DNA of 64,000 nucleotides, taken from positions 19,034,001 through 19,098,000 of the forward strand of contig NC_090357.1 in NCBI RefSeq assembly GCF_035084215.1, read 5' to 3'. Position numbers and translations under genes: made by a program. Position 1 is the stretch's first letter. Every line of letters begins with the position of its first letter. Below the pieces are notes generated by a model. It had not been told where the DNA came from, did no database searches, and saw nothing but the letters and a program-made list of their open reading frames with translations. This document shows positions 63,600 through 64,000 of the stretch, piece after piece. Source of the DNA: Heptranchias perlo. Taxonomy: Eukaryota.

Positions 63600-63850
63600 A
63601 AAGAAAGAACTTGCATTTATATTGTGCCTTTCATGACCTCAGGACATCCCAAAGCGTTTTACAGCCAATAAAGTACTTTTGAAGTGTAGTCACTGTTGTA
63701 ATGTAGGAAATGCAGCTGCCAATTTGTGCACAGTAAAGTCCCACAAACAGCAACGTGATAATGACCAGATAATCTGTTTTTTTGGGGTGTTGGTTGAGGG
63801 ATAAATAATGTCCAGTGCACCTGGGTGAACACCCCTGATCTTCAAATAAT
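63600..63850 (-). mobile_element. Deu-domain SINE 3' half
   Basis: Reverse complement of about 23610-23830; interrupted at 63852 by the Penelope-like repeat. Confidence 0.8.
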
Positions 63851-63851
63851 G

Positions 63852-64000
63852 ATGTGGAGATGCTGGTGATGGACTGGGGTGGACAAATGTAAGGAATCTT
63901 ACAACACCAGGTTATAGTCCAACAATTTTATTTTTTTTTAAACCACAAGCTTTCGGAGATTATCCCCTTCGTCAGGTGAATGAGTGAAAGATTCTCAAAT
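63852..64000 (-). mobile_element. Penelope-like terminal repeat running off the window end
   Basis: Near-identical to 217-340. Confidence 0.75.
63943..63979 (-). ncRNA. Minimal type I hammerhead ribozyme motif (second copy)
   Basis: UCAC-CUGACGA-A-GGGG-AUAAU-CUCC-GAAA-GCUU-GUGG; cores identical to 304-340, stem changes become G-U pairs, loop II differs. Confidence 0.7.

Overview
Vertebrate genomic DNA, most likely a shark (inferred from the repeat content: CR1 LINEs with (CATAAGAA)n/(CATAGAAA)n tails, Deu-domain tRNA SINEs, Penelope-type terminal repeats). Almost the whole window is one minus-strand gene (ATG at 62896, last identified exon ending near 4544-4601), assembled by hand into 9 phase-consistent coding exons. 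It encodes a type I immunoglobulin-superfamily receptor of about 455-473 aa: signal peptide, V-set domain with a CD28/CTLA-4-like YPP loop and J-like GQGT motif, C1/C2-like domain, I/C2-set domain, uncharged TM, and a tail with an ITSM (TVYAEV), YxN sites and an ITIM-like motif (VSYADI). I do not recognise it as a named gene. Introns are filled with decayed mobile elements: CR1 LINEs including a three-level nest (CR1 > CR1 > Harbinger), a single-ORF LINE with a tRNA-like head and a matching SINE, L2 remnants, SINEs, foldback MITEs, Penelope-derived mini-elements with minimal hammerhead ribozyme motifs, and a 24-bp minisatellite inside a local duplication. Most ORFs in the supplied track are TE fragments or noise. 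No CRISPR, rRNA or true tRNA genes.
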